Assembly: GCA_903847525.1 (NCBI GenBank)
Contig: CAINEA010000918.1
Location: 1-45,190, forward strand
Direction of reading: 5' to 3'
Length of the DNA: 45,190 bases
Source of the DNA: an uncultured Acetobacteraceae bacterium
Lineage (GTDB): Bacteria > Pseudomonadota > Alphaproteobacteria > Acetobacterales > Acetobacteraceae
Shown: positions 44,095 through 45,190 of the stretch, one piece after another
How the letters are laid out: each line of letters starts with the position of its first letter
Numbering within the stretch: the first letter of the stretch is position 1
Made by a program: the position numbers and the translations under genes
Notes under the pieces: model-generated
What the model saw: the letters and a program-made list of their open reading frames with translations, nothing else
Databases searched by the model: none
Told to the model about the DNA's origin: nothing

Positions 44095-44820
44095 TCACCG
44101 GTTCTCTTTGAGCGGACCAGATCCGCCGTTGGCCAAAACCTTTGGCAGAGCGAAGTAGAAATAAATCGAATCAGTTGTCTTTGCCTCTCCGTTCGCGATG
44201 GCATCAATTCGGCTGGATGATGGTGTCCATTCAACGTACCCAAAGCCGGCGTGGCGGTTGTAGTTCGTCTCATCAATCTCGAAGCCGAGGCGGATCCCGG
44301 CACGAACGCCGTTGAGCTGATATTTCACGCCGTTGTACTCGAACGTGCCGTGGTAGTGTTTGTTGTCCTGAGGCTGATCGAAGTGGATTTTAAAGTAGGT
44401 CGACTTGCAGTCGCTGGCAAAGCTCACTTTGGTGTAGTTGAATTTGTACCAAAAGGTCTGAGCCATCTTCACGTGGTTGGCTTCGCCCACCAGCTCGGCG
44501 TTGATCGAGTGAATTGATCCATCCGAGTACGGCCGACCAAAGTCGAATCGAAAGTCTCCTGTCTCCAACACGGAATTCTTGTTGTAGATGTCGCATTCCC
44601 ATCTAGCTATGCCATCGGGCACCGGTCCAACTGGCTCATTCCGCTCAATTCCTGAAATGCGGCTCTTGAGATACACATTGTTCTGGTCCTCCATACCGAG
44701 CGTTTTCATGCGGACGAATGAGCCAACGTATTCTCCGGAAGGGACTTGCCCCAGATCGTTGATCACGTATTCGAACTCATTGAAGCGGATCAGCGAATGC
44801 TGCCCGAACGGACACCTCAA
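44095..44820 (-). CDS. Unknown beta-rich protein (241 aa), low-G+C cargo gene
   Basis: Long ORF in a region with visibly lower G+C (spot count about 47% vs about 58% elsewhere). Rich in Tyr/Phe/Asn, with no signal peptide, TM segment or catalytic motif recognised. TTG start at 44820. Confidence 0.55.
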   Translation of the reverse strand: MRCPFGQHSLIRFNEFEYVINDLGQVPSGEYVGSFVRMKTLGMEDQNNVYLKSRISGIERNEPVGPVPDGIARWECDIYNKNSVLETGDFRFDFGRPYSDGSIHSINAELVGEANHVKMAQTFWYKFNYTKVSFASDCKSTYFKIHFDQPQDNKHYHGTFEYNGVKYQLNGVRAGIRLGFEIDETNYNRHAGFGYVEWTPSSSRIDAIANGEAKTTDSIYFYFALPKVLANGGSGPLKENR

Positions 44821-44828
44821 TTAAGGGC

Positions 44829-44856
44829 AAATTAGTGAAGCTCACAAAACGCTCAA
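44829..44856 (-). promoter_or_regulatory. Candidate promoter for the minus-strand cargo genes
   Basis: On the minus strand: TTGAGC (44856-51), a 16-nt spacer, then TAATTT (44834-29). The -10 ends 8 nt before the TTG start, so the mRNA may be near-leaderless. Confidence 0.3.
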
Positions 44857-45100
44857 GATCTCCATATCGCTAGCGCACATCCTCGAGTTCCGATGCGGTC
44901 CATGACCTCCGCCAACACTTGAGAATCGTGACATGCGTATTGTAGCGGGTTGACGAGATTTTTCACAGATAAGTTCCTGCACTGCTTTCAATGGGTCGTT
45001 TGGCAATTTGTCACACCTCAAAACTGCAGGACAAATTGCAGGACAGAACCTCCGTCCAAACTCCCTGGAAACTCTCACCAAACTCCCCCGTTTCTACCTG

Positions 45101-45190
45101 TTTGCCACTTTAGCCAGGTAGAAGTGTCCTTTCCGGCGCACCATTCCCCCGACATGCGACCACGGCCCCGCTGTCGTAACATCTGTCGTA
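45101..45190. repeat. attR: right copy of the 90-bp direct repeat (truncated by window end)
   Basis: 89/90 identical to 156-245, with T45111 vs C166. Confidence 0.8.

Larger units (their letters stand above)
156..45190. mobile_element. Integrated temperate tailed prophage (about 44.9 kb between the outer edges of the direct repeats)
   Basis: Direct repeats sit at both ends with an integrase next to the left repeat. The element carries complete lysogeny, replication, lysis, packaging, head and tail modules in canonical order. Confidence 0.85.

Noticed and set aside
44951-44980. Outward-facing promoter (TTGACG...TAAGTT) reading from the prophage into the host flank
   Set aside because: The -35 is good, but the spacer to the only -10-like hexamer is 14 nt. 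It cannot be evaluated without the downstream host sequence.
44842-45081. 79-aa minus-strand ORF between the cargo gene and attR
   Set aside because: It has no RBS and a Cys/Arg-rich composition. The region is better explained as promoter/att arm DNA.

Overview
Almost the whole window is one integrated temperate tailed prophage of about 44.9 kb (siphovirus-like, lambda-like regulatory layout) in a roughly 58-60% G+C host. It is bounded by 90-bp direct repeats at 156-245 and 45101-45190, identical at 89/90 positions. Only about 155 bp of host sequence is visible on the left, the 3' end of a possible lipoprotein ORF, and the right repeat runs to the window edge.

Gene order, left to right:
- attL, followed by a relic tRNA-Pro 3' half and an array of TGTCGTAAC motifs.
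- Tyrosine integrase and an excisionase-like gene on the minus strand.
- A long, translationally coupled leftward early operon: micro membrane ORFs, Mu-Gam-like protein, FtsK/HerA-type ATPase, Zn-ribbon protein, VRR-NUC nuclease and ParB-like nuclease.
- An S24/LexA-type CI repressor flanked on both sides by shared palindromic operators.
- The rightward operon: cro-like HTH, two unknowns, Prim-Pol/P4-D5 primase-helicase, an iteron-rich candidate origin, an unknown, an HNH endonuclease, and a possible late regulator.
- A terminator-guarded leader, then the lysis cassette (GH25 endolysin plus TM proteins).
- Phage metallopeptidase, TerS, TerL, portal, and a MuF-like head protein with an extra HExxH C-terminal domain.
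- Scaffold, lambda-D-like decoration protein, lambda-E-like major capsid protein, and neck and tail genes.
- Tail chaperone with a -1 frameshift site, tape measure, and two large distal tail/fibre proteins.

Two accessory modules follow the tail genes. The first is a terminator-bounded three-gene cassette containing a signal-peptide SGNH hydrolase with an internally duplicated insert. The second is a low-G+C, opposite-strand two-gene cassette of unknown function next to attR.

All functional calls rest on motif recognition by eye and gene order. No database search or HMM could be run, so family names are hypotheses. I found no rRNA, no CRISPR array, no transposase and no reverse transcriptase.
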